From positions 7,130,001 to 7,194,000 of the forward strand of contig NW_024704767.1 in the NCBI RefSeq assembly GCF_018977255.1: a stretch of DNA of 64,000 nucleotides. Direction: 5' to 3'. Under the pieces are notes generated by a model. The model ran no database searches. It was not told the DNA's origin and saw only the letters and a program-made list of their open reading frames with translations. This DNA comes from Callorhinchus milii (lineage: Eukaryota). The position numbers were made by a program, and so were the translations under genes. This document shows positions 13,914 through 27,900 of the stretch, in pieces. Within the stretch, counting starts at the first letter, position 1, and each line of letters begins with the position of its first letter.

Positions 13914-14629
13914 TGCAACTCATTTAAAGCCTTTACTATGCATCTGCGAAGAGGGCCACCCCAGCAATGGGCACTTCAAGCAATTGTCAGTTGCTGAATT
14001 GCAGGTGCGTGAATTTTAGCATAAATGCTCATCTATCACTTTGTACTGAATCGGATTATTATTTAGCTCAAAGCTGCCGTTTCGTCTTTAACATGTCTGA
14101 GAACTGATGGAACTGAAATCATTTCAAACAAGTGATTAATAGAGATCTGAATGATTTTAATGGAAATGGACTTTATTTGAAAAAAAAGGGATTTACTTGA
14201 AAAACAGTATGAAGGCAATTTGTGCTGAAGTTATAAAAAAACTGGATAAAATCAGCATGGAATTGAAGAAATAATGTATTGATGATGATAATGCATGAAA
14301 TATAACTTTCATACTTAAATTAACTTAATTTCCATCTTATAAAATCCAATTGTTAAACCAATATAAAACTACTTTATAGTAATCAAACTTCTCATGAATC
14401 TAACAAGACTGCAAAGCTCATTTTGGCTCAGGAACCTATAGAGGAGAAGTAGAAGAGTAAGAGCCTGGCATCTTCCCATTCTTTGTTCAGAACATGGGCA
14501 TGAATTGTAATCGTAGAAATCATTTATGTACATTTCAAGTTGTCCATATACACACATCGTTGCTTGAAGTGCCCATTGCTGGGGTGGCCCTCTTCGCAGA
14601 TGCACAGTAAAGGCTTTAAATGAGTTGCA
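13914..14629. repeat. 70-bp inverted repeat pair (13914-13983 / 14560-14629)
   Basis: 69 of 70 positions complementary by manual comparison; 576-bp spacer. Confidence 0.95.
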
Positions 14630-14931
14630 CACACCATTGATAGTAATGGCATGCCAGTGAACGTCACTGTTTTATGTTGTTATGATGTACTTAAAACTTG
14701 TCAGACACTCCAAATATCCTCTTCTCCCCACAAGGTCCAAGGAACAAAACACAATGCACAAGACCAAGCATATGTGCCATTACTTCAAATACCATCAGAG
14801 AGGTGTGGCAGGTTACCACATCACTGCAATATTAGCACACACTTCTTCTAGGCGAGAAGACAAATTAAACAGATCTTTGCAATGCCAAAAGGTCCTTAGG
14901 CCTGACATGGAAACAAGTCTATGTACACTGA

Positions 14932-16289
14932 GACTGTGATCTGAAGTGAACAGATTATAATTGGAAGAAATCAAAGCCGCAGAAATATGGTGCAGTCCGA
15001 CATGCTGCCCTTTTACAGTATGGCTTCAAGACATGAATGCTGGAGGAGAATAAGAATATATTCCTGGGCAATATTCAATTCTGCAACATAATGGACAAGA
15101 GGTTGTGCACTTTTCAGTTCTTACTCTCTAGGATGCATAACATGGTAAAAAACACAGGTACCCTTCACAGAATACTCACCTTATCCTCCTACTACAGCGT
15201 CAAGCTATTTCCTAATTGAGTTTAGAATCCTGGCCTCAAGCAGTTTAGCATCCTGGCCTTCCTGGTAATACATTCCAGCTGTAAGTTATGATCTGTGTGA
15301 AAAAGTAGACAATCATTCAAACGGAAAGTTTTCCACTGTTCAGAGATATTACTTTGCCATATTCATTGAGTCTAGAAAGGATCTTTTAAGATCTTATATT
15401 GCACGAGTTTAGAATTGTTTAGAATCATAAAAATTAAAAGCACAGAGGGAGGCCAATTGGCCCATCAAGTCTGCAATTGCTCCAGACTTATTATTACTTT
15501 ATTTTAGTTGTAGAAGCTCGAAAGCATTGCCTACTTAATAATAATAATAATAATAATATTTTAGGCCCTTTTGCCGTATTGGCGTAGTTCAGGAGCTTGA
15601 TGCATTGTCCCAGTCAGCCCACTGATGCAGTAAACCCGTCTACACTTGTCTTTCATTTGTCCTAGGAGGTGAAGTAGAAAAATGAGCTCTTTTGTTGCAA
15701 GTGAAAGTTAGGGATCAAAAAAATAATGTTGCTGAGCTGGTTCGTGTTCTGACCTCTACGCGCCGGTAGCACCCCTCACAGTAGGCTGCTTCCTTTCCAT
15801 GCAGTTGGAGCCTATCATTTTTTCTGCTTAAAATATTTGGATAGTTAAAAATCTCGCCATCTTCTCAGATCTGGACTGAAATTGGTACTTCCTTCAGAAA
15901 ATATTAATAATAATAAATTGGTCACTCAATCCACTGTTTGTGGGACACTGCTGTGCGCAATTGGCTGCTGCGTTTTGCCCACAAAATATAGAGTTAATTC
16001 ATTTTACAGTATAATCTGTGAAGCGCTTTGAGGCGTCTCGAAGACGTGATAAGGCGCTATACCAAATGCAAGGATTATTATTATAATTACTTCCCAGTGA
16101 ACTCAAGCATAGTTTTTTACGTTGGATTGCCTGAATGTAGAGAAGGCTCAGGTGGACTCAACAAGTCAGGCAGCAGCAACAGTGGAAAGGATTAATCAAG
16201 TCTGAAAAGAGAGCAGCACGTCAGATTGCACTATATTTCTGCAGCTTTGATTTCTTCCAATTAGAATCTGTTCACTTCAGATCACAGTC
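14932..16289. repeat. About 79-bp inverted repeat pair (14932-15010 / 16211-16289)
   Basis: GACTGTGATCTGAAGTGAACAGATT...; about 72 of 79 complementary by manual comparison; about 1.2-kb spacer. Confidence 0.9.
15905..16085 (+). mobile_element. 5'-truncated SINE copy (same family)
   Basis: GGTCACTCAATCCACTGTTTGTGGGACACTGCTGTGCGCAATTGGCTG...CAAATGCAAGGATTATTATTA. Similar truncated copies lie at approximately 8082-8210(-), 8900-9025, 11935-12085(-), 33130-33237, 33950-34075, 37430-37655, 40795-40968, 45390-45520 and 52105-52260(-). Confidence 0.88.
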
Positions 16290-18324
16290 GATTAAAAGCA
16301 AACGCTGAACACGAGGATGTTTGCAGGGTCAGTGGATGAACTGAATTGCAATGTAAGTTGCAGGTGCCAGTGTATATAGACAGAGAGTGATTGCGGTGCT
16401 AGGATCCAATTAAGTGTGCTGAGAGCTTTCAAGCTTATTTGGAATTGAAACCCAGTACCTGGCCTCTTGCCTTCGACAATTTCTTTTGAGTTTTATCTCC
16501 ACGTTTGAAATTTAGAAAAAAGAGCATTTGTTGTTCTTAGAACTATGCAACTCTGTGAGAGTTATGGTCTTATTGGTGGCAGTTGCTAGTTATCCTGTAG
16601 TCAGGAAACTACAGCTCGCTTACAAAATACACAGTCACTACACTTTACAGTATCCCCTTGGAAGCAATGTCCTCCCAATGGGGCTATATTCAATTTAAGG
16701 ATTATTATAGGATTATTATTATTAATCCGACACATCATTCTGTCAATTAAACAATTGCCAGTAATGATGTTAATAAGACCTTAAGAGAGGTTTGGATGAA
16801 GAAGACCATTTTTCCCATTTGCTATCATCTTACACAATATCAATCATATCGTATGTACTGGCCTTGGAGGAAGTCTATCAATGATTCATCAGAACAATAC
16901 AGTAACTGGGTCGAGAGACGTAGTTTTTACAAGTTATGGGACATTGCTGTGTCCAACTGGCTGCCGGGTTTTACCCACAAAATATGTATCAGCATCTGAA
17001 AGACAACTAGCATGTTAGATGCTAACATTTAACATGGTAACATTTATGTAAGGAGGTAATATGGCTTGTAAGAGTAACTGTGGTATTCTATAGATAAATA
17101 AAATACATCTTTCTGCTTCCAATTTTTTGTGCCATTTGAAAAACAACTGTAATATTTGTGGTGTGTTCCAATTTTCTGTGTCTGTGTTGCACTGGTGGAA
17201 ACAGTAGCTTGTAACATCAATAATCCCACATCCAAGAGAGGAAACAACAAGGCAAACAGATGTTTTATGTTTTAAACTTTAAATGAATTTAAGGACTGAA
17301 TAACCTCCATGATGTCCAAAGGATGCTCCCTTTACCCCAATAGTATTGATGGAGGTAATTCAATTTAAGGCATATGGTCTTAAGAGTAATGCATAAAAAA
17401 GTTGTGGACCTTATGCAGTCTTGAAAACAATCACTAAAGGCTTATTTTTCACAGGACTGGTGATCACTCATGTGTTACCTTCAGGAGGCCCTGCCAGATG
17501 TACATAGATCTTCTTCATTCTTTGATAGGGAGAGTTGAATGGCGAGGGTCACCTTGGTCACTATCCTATATTCAGTTGTGCTGTCACATGAATGAAGGAC
17601 TGGAGAGTTGCTTTGAGTATTGTCGGCTTCAATGGATTGCCCGAGGTGATGACTGAGGTGGTATCCATTTGCTTGATAATGTGGTTGATGCCTGGCTGCA
17701 TTTTATTGTTCTGGGCTATGTAATTCCATCAGCTTACCCTCTGTTGTCCTGGCAGGTGCATGACAAAAGGCAGCTGATGGATGGCTACTGAAATGATCAG
17801 GTCATGTGAATGGACTTTCTCCTGGGGAAAGAAGAAGGATGACAGACAGTGCGGGACAGCATGTGCCCTATCTGCCAGCATTCCTTTCACAAACATCTGG
17901 TGTCTTCGGATCTAACAGGAAAAACACACAAAGCCTTGGTCAGAATTCTGGAGACAGATAAGAAAAATGAAATGCGTGGCAAATACATGGCAAGTAAATA
18001 TTTGACAAGTGCATAACAAATGTTACTTAAATGTGACCATAAACAATTCCCTCAAAATTACACCATAGAGATTGACCACAGGAAACGCAGAATGATGAAT
18101 GAAGTTACATACAAAGGCCTTTAATGTGAATCAATATGTGTACAGGAAGTGCACTGGAGTGATAGATTTTAGCCATGTAATACTAATATTCAAGTCAATA
18201 TAGAACTGACAGAAGCTATCACTTACCACCAGCCTGATTTGTTTTTTGTATCTAGCTCTACCTGGCATTTGCATGATCCTCTGCAGCTCAGTGATGTTAT
18301 GGCTGTTTATGCATTTCACTGTAT

Positions 18325-18850
18325 ATAGAATGATTCAGCACGGAAACAGGCCATTCGACCCAATTGGTCTTTTCCAGTGTTTATACTCCACAATGCCCAT
18401 CCCTCTTATTACCCTAATTGTATACCTCTCTATTCCCTTCTCCCTCGTGTATGCATCATGCTTTCTCATAAATATGTTGCATTTTGCTTCAGCCACCGCT
18501 ATCGGTAAAGAGTTTCACCCTCTACGTGCAGAAGTTCCTCCTAGACTCCCTATTAGATCTGCTTCTAGCAATCGTATATTTATGCCCTCTTGTATTGGAC
18601 TCGCCAGTAAGTGAAAAAAGCCAATCAACATTCACCTTATTTAATCTTTTTATAATCTTAAACACCTATGTTATCATGTGTCACAAGCATTCTGAAAGGT
18701 TGTCAAGGTTTCTGACAGAAAGAGGGCTCTGGGTTGTGCAGACCTCTCATTATTCCTGACGTTATACCTTTGTAAAAAGTATATAATGTGGTGCCCAGAA
18801 GAGACTAAACGTATATTCTGATAATTTAATTCTTGACTGAGATGGCTTTG
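18325..18850 (-). mobile_element. Degenerate CR1-type LINE 3' end
   Basis: TAGAATGATTCAGCACGGAAACAGGCCATTCGACCCA resembles a CR1 3' UTR in reverse orientation, followed by decayed RT-like sequence. Confidence 0.6.
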
Positions 18851-19094
18851 GTTTTCCTTTGCTGAAGTTTGTTCTCCACCAGGATGGGTCTGCTCTGAGC
18901 CCATGCTGTGTGGGGAGGCATTAAGCAGAAATCAGGCATTTCCTTATACAACAACAAAATTACATTTGTATAGCGCCTTTCACGTCTGGAGGACGTCCTA
19001 AGGTGCTGGAGAGAGAGGGAAGGAAAAAAAGGGGCAGAGATTCTATGAACCCTTCAAGCCTTGTGTCAGAGTGAGATTGTCACTGCATAGAATG

Positions 19095-19915
19095 GTGCAG
19101 GGATACTAAATTAGGAGGTGTTGTTAACAGTGATGGAAGAGGTACGGGAGGCTACAGACAGACATTGACATATTAGCCAAGTGGGTGGATTGTGGAAGTG
19201 AAATTCAATGCAGAGGAGCAGGAAATTTGGGGAAATACATCCTAAATGGTAAAATGCAGTGGAGAACAGATACATTGGTCAGGGTACAACTAGAAATATT
19301 ATTATAGGTGGGATTATGAGTAGATAAGGACATATCTAAAGCAAAAAGGGCAAGCAGGATTCTTGGTTTTATATACAAAGCCATTGCATTCAAAAGCATT
19401 AAAATGTTGGTTAGGCAGCTGCTAGAATTCTGTACCCAGCATTGGGCACTGTAGCATGGAAATTATATTAAAGCGATGGAGCGGGTAGATTTATGAATGA
19501 TACCGAAGGTGAGGGCTGAGGAGAGGTTGGAAAAGTTGAGCAAACTTGAGCAACTTCCATTGAGCAAAGAAATTTGAGGGGTGGCATTATATAAAGGTGT
19601 ATAAGATAATGATAGGATTTGAGGGGATAAATAATAAGTAACAACTTCTGCCTGTAAGTGAATTGAGGACAATAGGGCACACATTTATGATTATAATTAG
19701 GATCATGAAGGGGGAAGCTAAGGGAAAAGAGTATAGAATGAATGAGGTAGCTGTTACAGTAGACTCAATTGTGACATTTGAAAACGAATTGGATAGGCAC
19801 ATATGTGGGGGAAGAATTATTGAGGGCATGGGGATTAGGATAGATGCTTCATTGGAGGAATAAATACCAAGATTAATATAATGGCCAGAATGGCAGTTTT
19901 CTGTGGTTCTTTGGG
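19095..19915 (+). mobile_element. Degenerate CR1-type LINE 3' portion
   Basis: Remnant translations DTKLGGVVNS, LQTDIDILAKW and TFENELDRH are typical of CR1 RT C-termini; many stops and frameshifts. Confidence 0.75.
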
Positions 19916-20754
19916 AGCGATTGAAGTACAGTGTTTTTACAACAAAAGGATAGTGGACAGCAAGGAGACAGAAGGATGGCATTAAGCATGAGGAAATAGA
20001 GAATGGTGTCTGTATAGAATGCAGAGATCCAAGAAAGTGGATGAGGAGAAAAAATACATCTTTTGCTTACCAAATCTTTCTTAACTTTCTTATGTTTTAA
20101 TACTGCTATTTAGGAAGATATCTATTTGTTTTTAAACAGTAACTTCTCAAACTATGGCACTTGTTCATAGAAAGGATTTCTCTGCACTCTAAAAAAGCAT
20201 TATGCTGTCTAAACTGGATCACCATAGCACTGAAGACTCGGGGTGAAAATTCCCGTGAAACAAAGGTTTTGAACAGAAGAAAGTATTTTTTTAACTCAGT
20301 TGCAACTTGTCAACTATTTACTGATTTAGTCTTTCATCATTTGTGCTCAGAAAAACAATTTGACACCACAGGCTGCAAACTGCAGCCATGGCTTAATCTA
20401 CTTTTGACCCCGATACATTATGAGTGAATAAGTTGCCCCTGACTGATTTTCTTCAATAGCTTTGAGGTGATTGTTGCATATTAGCGCAATGGCCTGTTAA
20501 TTTAATGATGAATTCACCCGTGATTTCAGTGATTTAATAAACACTTATGAATGAACAATGCTGATCTGTTAGTTTTATGAACAAGACTGAAGTTTCAAAT
20601 CTTGCAAATGTAGAATTCCAGTTTCTTCAAAGTTAATGGTAAATGATTAATATGTCTTAGACGTTTACAATTATTGCATACAATAAAAACATTTTTTGTA
20701 ATTACTAAAGAACAATATTAAGTTAAATTCCCATTAATTAAATTCCCATTGCTG

Positions 20755-21000
20755 TATCCGTTGATAAGTAGGAACCCGGTTGTTAGATAATTGGTGGATC
20801 ACTTTCTGGGAGTACTAACTCCTTCAAAAACAAAATAAATAAATAATAATAACTTGGTCACTCAATCCAAGATTGTTTGTGGGATACTGCTGTGTGAAAT
20901 TGGCTGCCTCATTTCGCCCCAAAATACATAGTCAATTCACTTTATAGTTTATTCTGTGAAGCGCTTTGAGACATCTCAATGACGTGATAAGACGCAGTGG
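20755..21000 (+). mobile_element. SINE fragment (same family)
   Basis: AAGTAGGAACCCGGTTGTTAG...GGTCACTCAATCC...GTGAAGCGCTTTGAGACATCTC shared with the 43817 copy. Confidence 0.85.
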
Positions 21001-24000
21001 TGCCTGTACTATTGTTAAATCAAAGAGCCAGTGAGATGCCTTCATTAAAGCAGCTTGATTCTTGTGCTGCACCACAAAATAAAAGATCTAATATTCCATT
21101 CATAAGAATGCAGTTTACTTAATTTTAAATTGCCATTTTAGCAATGGCAGCACCTGCTATAACCCCTGGATGAACTTTATGCTTGAATCACCATTAGTTT
21201 GAGTTATTGAGTGAATTGTCACAACATGTAACAGATGAACAAATTATGAAGACCCTATACTGTGTGAAAGAAGCAGGGACATAGTCTCATCATCTAACCA
21301 TGCAGAACCCTTTTAATTTCATTGTCTTGTGTGCAAGCCTTTTGAACTCCCTCATTAACTTTACTGGTAGGAAATTGCCACATATGGATCTGTCAGGACA
21401 ACTCTCATCATTTGCCTTATCAACGTGGCAAAATTGGGTCACAGTTCGTCTGAATACAGGGAAACAATCTTACCTGTCTTTACAGATTTGTTCATGTACA
21501 GCAGACATATCCTATGCAAGGTCAATCCACCTCCATGTCATAAATGGAAACATTTGGATTATACCAGTCTCAAATTCAAATTAACAATGTGCTAGTGTTC
21601 TTCATCTTTTATGAATTGTTTTACAAGTTAACTAGGAAAATCATTATGAAATCAGCTCGGCTGAATTTTGTCCACATTTTGTGCCTCGGGTTAAAATTAT
21701 AACGATTAAAATGTTGGCTCTTGCTAGCAGTTGACAGCAGTTTATTTCATGCCAAATAATGGATTAAACCATTGAACTGTCGAGAAAAGCAGAACCTGTG
21801 GCTCCTTTTACTATGTCTTGCGTGGCAGAATCCTGGAGACGACTCCCCCGAAACACAGGATATATCCTTGTGAATGACAGATGTGTGCACCCCTATCCCA
21901 TCCTTGTTTTCTGAAACCTTTCTCCTAACGTTTTATCAGGAAGAATTGGGAAATTGATACACAGCAGCCTTCAATCAGTGGTCATCGTTACAGGTAGATT
22001 CAGCTCCTGTTCATTTTCAGATGTTTGCTTTTAGGAGTTACTCTGCCTGGAGGCACAAACTCCTTATTCTCAGCTACTTTGCTGTTTCCTAAAACTATCT
22101 GTTAATTCAGATATTTGCCAAACAAAACAAACTGGGCAGAGGGGCCACCTTAACTGCCCCCACCCAACCATGAGTTTCTATTATAATTTCATATTTTCTG
22201 TTATTACTGAGTTGTGTCTATATTCACAGTACACAGAAATACATATAGGCCTGAACCAAATGACGCTAGCAAGCAGGCAGCGAAAAATCTAGATAAGAAG
22301 ATAAGTAGGAAAAAATTCAAGCAGAGACAAACAGGGAGAGAATAAAGCAAGCCAGGCAAGTAAAACAGTGAGGCTAGCAAATAAGTGGCCAAACAATCAG
22401 ATAAGAGAGGGAAACAAGCAAACAAGTTAGGAAAACAGTTTGCATGTCAGGCAATCGTAAAGAAGTTCAGTAAGTAATGAATTGTGCACAGGGAGGTAAG
22501 TATACACTGCCACAGCAAGGAAGAAGTCAAACCAATGAGTAAAGAGAAAGAAAACAATTATGCAGTCAACCAGTGAGATAAAACAGGCAAAGGTGAGGAA
22601 TACAGGGAAGAAAGGAGATCGGATTTAATCAGGAAGAGAAAAAACAGGGAATAAGATGGGATGAACAACAACACGATTACATTTGTATAGCGCCTTTCAC
22701 GTCAGGAGGACGTCCCATGATGCTGAAAGGCTGAATAAGAATGCACATAAGAGGGTAAAGGCAGAACAACACATCACCAGGTAAGTAGAGAGGCAGAAAC
22801 ACATGCAGACTTAATCAGCCACAACAACTTGCATCTATATTGTGCTCTTCACTTGGGTAGCATCTCAGAGAGGTTAAGAGGCAAATAGCACCCTTGCCCA
22901 CTAGGCTCCTTAATCAAACCCTAATATTATTATAACAACAACAAAACTGTGAAAAGAAATGAAGTGTTATTCCAACATGAACCCTGATTTTTGTATCTCC
23001 CATTTCACCCTCTGGCCAAGGAGGAGCTTCTTCTCAGCGCTTCCCCCTAATGGACAGATGAGATTGTAAGCGCATTGAAAATTGCCAGTGCAAACCTGTG
23101 ACTTACCACACAGTGGCACGGTGTGCAGGTACCGCATCATAGACTCATCCCCAAGTCACCCTACTGTACTAAGTTGTGTTACAAATAAAGGTTGGTCCAC
23201 CAGGATGCAGCATGTGTATGCACAAGATACATGATATTTCCAATGTTCTTTTCACTCACTCTTGACTTTCCCATTTTAACATTACAAAAACAACTTCTAA
23301 TTTTAAGATGGGAACAGTCAAAAACACTGAATGGGAGCATAACTTTTATACGGGAGGCAACTTAACATGCTGGATGAGCTCCTTGGGAGCTGGGTGGGGA
23401 GGGGAAAGGTGACCAAAAATATGGTCAAAGAATTTTGAAAATGAATTAACTTTGAACCAACCAGATGAACCTTTTGAGTTCAGTGATTTGAGTTGAGGTA
23501 CAAATCAGCCATGAATGGTGGAACAGGCTCGAGCTGACTGGCCTCCTCCATTTCCTACAATGGTATCATACCCTTTGCTTAATGCTTTTTTAAAATGATT
23601 CCTGAATAAGGAAAGCAGATGTCGGTCATACCAGCCTGCAGGAACACTGCTCCTTCCTATTTTCTGACTGAAGTTCCTACAGTTCAGGGTAATACACTTC
23701 AGACCCGTTACTTTATATTAATAAAAAATCACTTTGCTGCTTGTTGGACATTTCTCAATAGTTCAGCTGAGATCTTCTGGGCTCTTTCCTTCTCTGAAAT
23801 AGTGACAAACCCATCTAAGGGCCTATGTTTAAATAGCACACAGTATTTTGCTTCCTGTGAAAAAAAATCCTATGGTTTTAGCAACAGTGCCCTCTAGTGC
23901 TCATGTATTCCATGTATTCAGAATAACTTTGTATTCGATTATCATATTGAAATATGCCAAAGTGCTTCACGGTTTTCTGTGTATTTGTAGGGGAACACAC

Positions 24001-24415
24001 CAGTCAGTTTGTGCATAGCAAACAACTGTGCTGTGAATTACCTTTTTTTTTAAAAAAAAACCTGGGGATTATTGGCCAGGACACCGAAAAACTCCCTTCT
24101 CGTTTTGAATTTCTAGGGACATTCTACAGACTAAAGAAGCATAAGAGTTTCAAACGTACGTTTCAAACTTTGTTCCAGCCACTCAATCACAATGGTCCTT
24201 TCCAGGGCTGCACATTCCTATGTAAACATCACTTGCTGAGATCCTAGTGCTCGATCCTACATTACAAGCTTATAGTATTAAATGTAGGCATCTGTAATTC
24301 ATTAGAACTCAAATGCCGGACGTATTGCATGTTCATTATATAAGGAATGGTTGAGATGATGCCATACGCTATGAAAATTAAAAATGCCCAACTTCACAAT
24401 ATCACAAGATGACTT

Positions 24416-24613
24416 TTTATTCAGTTTACAGAACGTTCTATCCAACCATAGCAAATAGCAGGAATGTGCCATGTTAAATCATGAGATTTTGATCTACCCA
24501 TTTATTTCACTTCACACTGGGCAAGAACATACCCTGTAATTATAGTGTATTTGAAGAACACATGCACACATAATAAAAATAGAAGATTTAAAGAATTTTA
24601 CAATCACTTTATT
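24416..24613 (-). terminator. Candidate polyadenylation signals of SLC25A44
   Basis: AATAAA on the minus strand at 24613-24608 and 24421-24416, downstream of the stop at 24981. Confidence 0.4.
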
Positions 24614-24980
24614 CTCCCTTGAGCATTAACACCCATCAGAATAAATATGTATTCATACTCATGAAGAGCAAGTAATTATATAATACTTTCTTAACAATAC
24701 ACTACTGTTGTTCACAATGATTTGAATCACTTATCGTGTAAGATGTAACACACTATGATAATCTGGCTGCAGAATGTGAAATTGTCAATTAAGTTGAATT
24801 GGGAATGACAAATATTTTCAAAAATTGTAAGTTCACATGTATATAGATCATCTGTTTGAGTTTCAATAAAAGGTCCCTGTATCATTACAATTTAAATTTT
24901 AGGCCGTCCTGCCCAAATGAGGTTACAGCAAAGGCTTACTTCACCTTATGGAATTGACTCATTTGTACCATGTTAAGTCA

Positions 24981-27900
24981 CTACCAGTGTCGATACTCTA
25001 TCAGCTCTGGTTTCAGACTGATTTTCTTCAGAGTTTCATAACCAATCACCAAGGCCAGGGTTGTTGGGGTTGAGGATATGATGCGTGCTGATAGACCCTT
25101 GGTTATACCCCAAGTACCTTCTTCAACCACAAGCTGTTTGAAAGTTTCAATCAAAGAGGTCTTTCCTTCTACCTGAAATACAATTAAACATTTTAATAGA
25201 ATCATTAAAATAACAGAAAAATCCACTTGACCTACAGTTTGCTCCTAATTGATTAAAGCCAAACATTTGTGTCCTGGTTTTCTGGTTCCTTTCCAAGACC
25301 ACGTTTTCCTTATCAAATTTTTGACATGCAATTCTTATTCATCGAATCATGTGCCACTTGGTTTCCCCTCACCCACCACATGAACGGAGATGGGGGCTGG
25401 AAACTTCATTTTTATTCAGGTTACCACTTCAGAGAGGCTGAACGCAAGTTAAATCAATAATTTTGAGTGGATTTAAAATATTATCCTGGTCCAGCTAGCG
25501 AATGCTGACAAGCGTACTAAACATTTGACAATTTAGCAGTACTTGTCTTGCAACGCATGCTCTATTTAAAGGCACATAATAAATGCAAACCTCTCTAGTA
25601 ATCCCTACTCCACGGTGTCTGGTAACTGAACTTTGAAGCTTCAAAGCAGTCTTGCAATGTTGACTAATCAATGTTCAGTGGCGTGTCTCTCAATCTCGAT
25701 CTGAATTTCGCCACTGTTTGTTCAGACGTTCATCCTTTTGGCGTTATTTGTAGCCCACTGTGATAATCATCAGACACCCAATTAGTCCAAGAATACCAGT
25801 GTAAGTTGTGAGGTAAATATTAGTCAATCTTGATATCTCCACCTTCTCTAAACACTGTATCTTCTTAAACGCCCTGCCTCGTGCCATGAGGAAGGTGGTA
25901 ACCAAACTCACTGCTACCAATTGGTAACATCAAGGGTTTAAAGTCTAAATATATTAGTTGAAATAGGAGTCCACTGCAAAGTACAATAATCATGTGCCAT
26001 AGCATTTCATCGCTGAAATCTTTAAATAAACCCTTTTCTTAGGATTCTTCGGAGAGAGGGAGAAGAGAACTTACTTAGAATGAGAAGAAACTTAACACAA
26101 TTGTCATGGCTGCAAGAAAATTTGCACCTTGTCGATGAAACTAGTTACCCTTTATGCAGCACAAACACAACTTTTACATTAGAAAAATGGCACGCTTGTC
26201 CAGGTGGGCTTTAGTAATTTCAGAGTATCCTCACCTGAACCCTAGCTCTGACCACATCCATGGGGTTGGTAACTGTAGCGGCCGTGGCTGCGGCCAGTGG
26301 CCCAGCCACTGCCTGCAGGATTAGGTGAGGGCAGTTACTGGGCGCTAAATTTGACAGCTGCTCTGTGATTCAAACAAAAAAAACAAAGATTAGACATGGG
26401 CAATTAGAAAACACTTCAATTCATCTACTACAGTTATAGGCAGGCAAATCACTTTTCTAAAAAAAATTGTTCTTAAAACAGTTCAGGACTGGAAAAAATA
26501 AAAAAAAGTAAAGGAACTATTCACGAGCCAAACATTATCTGAACCAAAAACTGGGTCATACTTTTAATGTTAGCCTCATCTGAACTGTAATAATAATCCT
26601 TGCATTTGATATAGCGCTTTTCACGTCGGGAGGACGTCCCAAAGCACTTCACAGAACACACTGTAAAGTGAATTGACTGTATATTTGTGGGCGAACGCGG
26701 CAGCCAATTGCGCACAGCAATGTCCCACAAACAGTCATATGGATTGAAAATGACCAATTTATTATTGTTTTGTTTTTTTGGAGGGATTATTATTAGGCTC
26801 TGTGTGGAGTAAGGAAACTTGCCCAAGGTTTCGCCCTGTCTGGAATTGAACTCAGGTCTCTCACTTGCAAAGCGAGTGCTCTAACCACTGAGCTACAGGA
26901 CTCCAAATGGAGAAGTCTTTTATACTAGCTGTACAATGAGTGGCCCTACTGACATTGAGCACTGACAGCTCAATGTGCTGTCCTAGCCTTTTTGTGTAAA
27001 AATCCAGAGTGCTGAAATCTTAATGTTATGTCATACATTATGCTGAATGCTTTGATATGTTTTGTTCTCGGCCACAGCCTAAATAATGGCAGTGTAGTCT
27101 GATAACTACATCTGAATATCAGGAAACTTTGCTCCTGACCTATCTTTCTTGCTTCTACTCCTGTTATTTACTTAACATCATGGGGAAAGATATTACGCAT
27201 CCTCAGAATTTATAAAACAAAGTCACGTGGTCCATTATATGTGGAAGAAAAAGACACAGCTAGCACCTATTCAGCCATTGGAAGGCATGCCAGAAACACA
27301 ATTTAATTTTGTTTCCATCAATATTCTTCATCCCTCTTCTCCTGAAAGTATGGATTCACCTCAGATACCATTCTCTAGGTACCAATCACCTTATACCTCA
27401 CCCAAGGGGCAATATATTATTTATGTGTTACCTTTCACAACAAATGTTGGCAGGTTTTTTTTAACTGCAGGAGCACATTTGATCCGATAGGTCACCCATC
27501 ATCAATCCAAACAAGAGCACTCTCCAGCAGGCGTCAGTGCAGCAAGAAACATGACCGATTTCCCTTCCTAAGAAGTCGACTGTAACACGTGAGTAACTTG
27601 GCACAAATGGATACTGAACCTGGCACCTCTCAAGCTAATTTCCCTTTGCGGCAAACAATAAGCAAATTCCCAAACAAATTCTGAAAAACAATTTTAGAGT
27701 AAATTATTAACCCAACTCTTTAAACTATTAAAGAGCAGAGAAATCTTACCATTACCTACCTGCGTAGAAATGATAAAAAGGCCACCACAATGCACTGTTA
27801 GGAATATATGTCAATAATGAAGCAATGTATCCTCTATAAAAACCTCTCAGGCCATCGGACCTGAAAATCTGAATGATAATTTCCTGCGATTGACCAAAAG

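Noticed and set aside
26830-26904. tRNA-like sequences (also near 43820-43890 and 51395-51470)
   Set aside because: Each continues directly into the SINE body and tail, so they are SINE heads and not tRNA genes.
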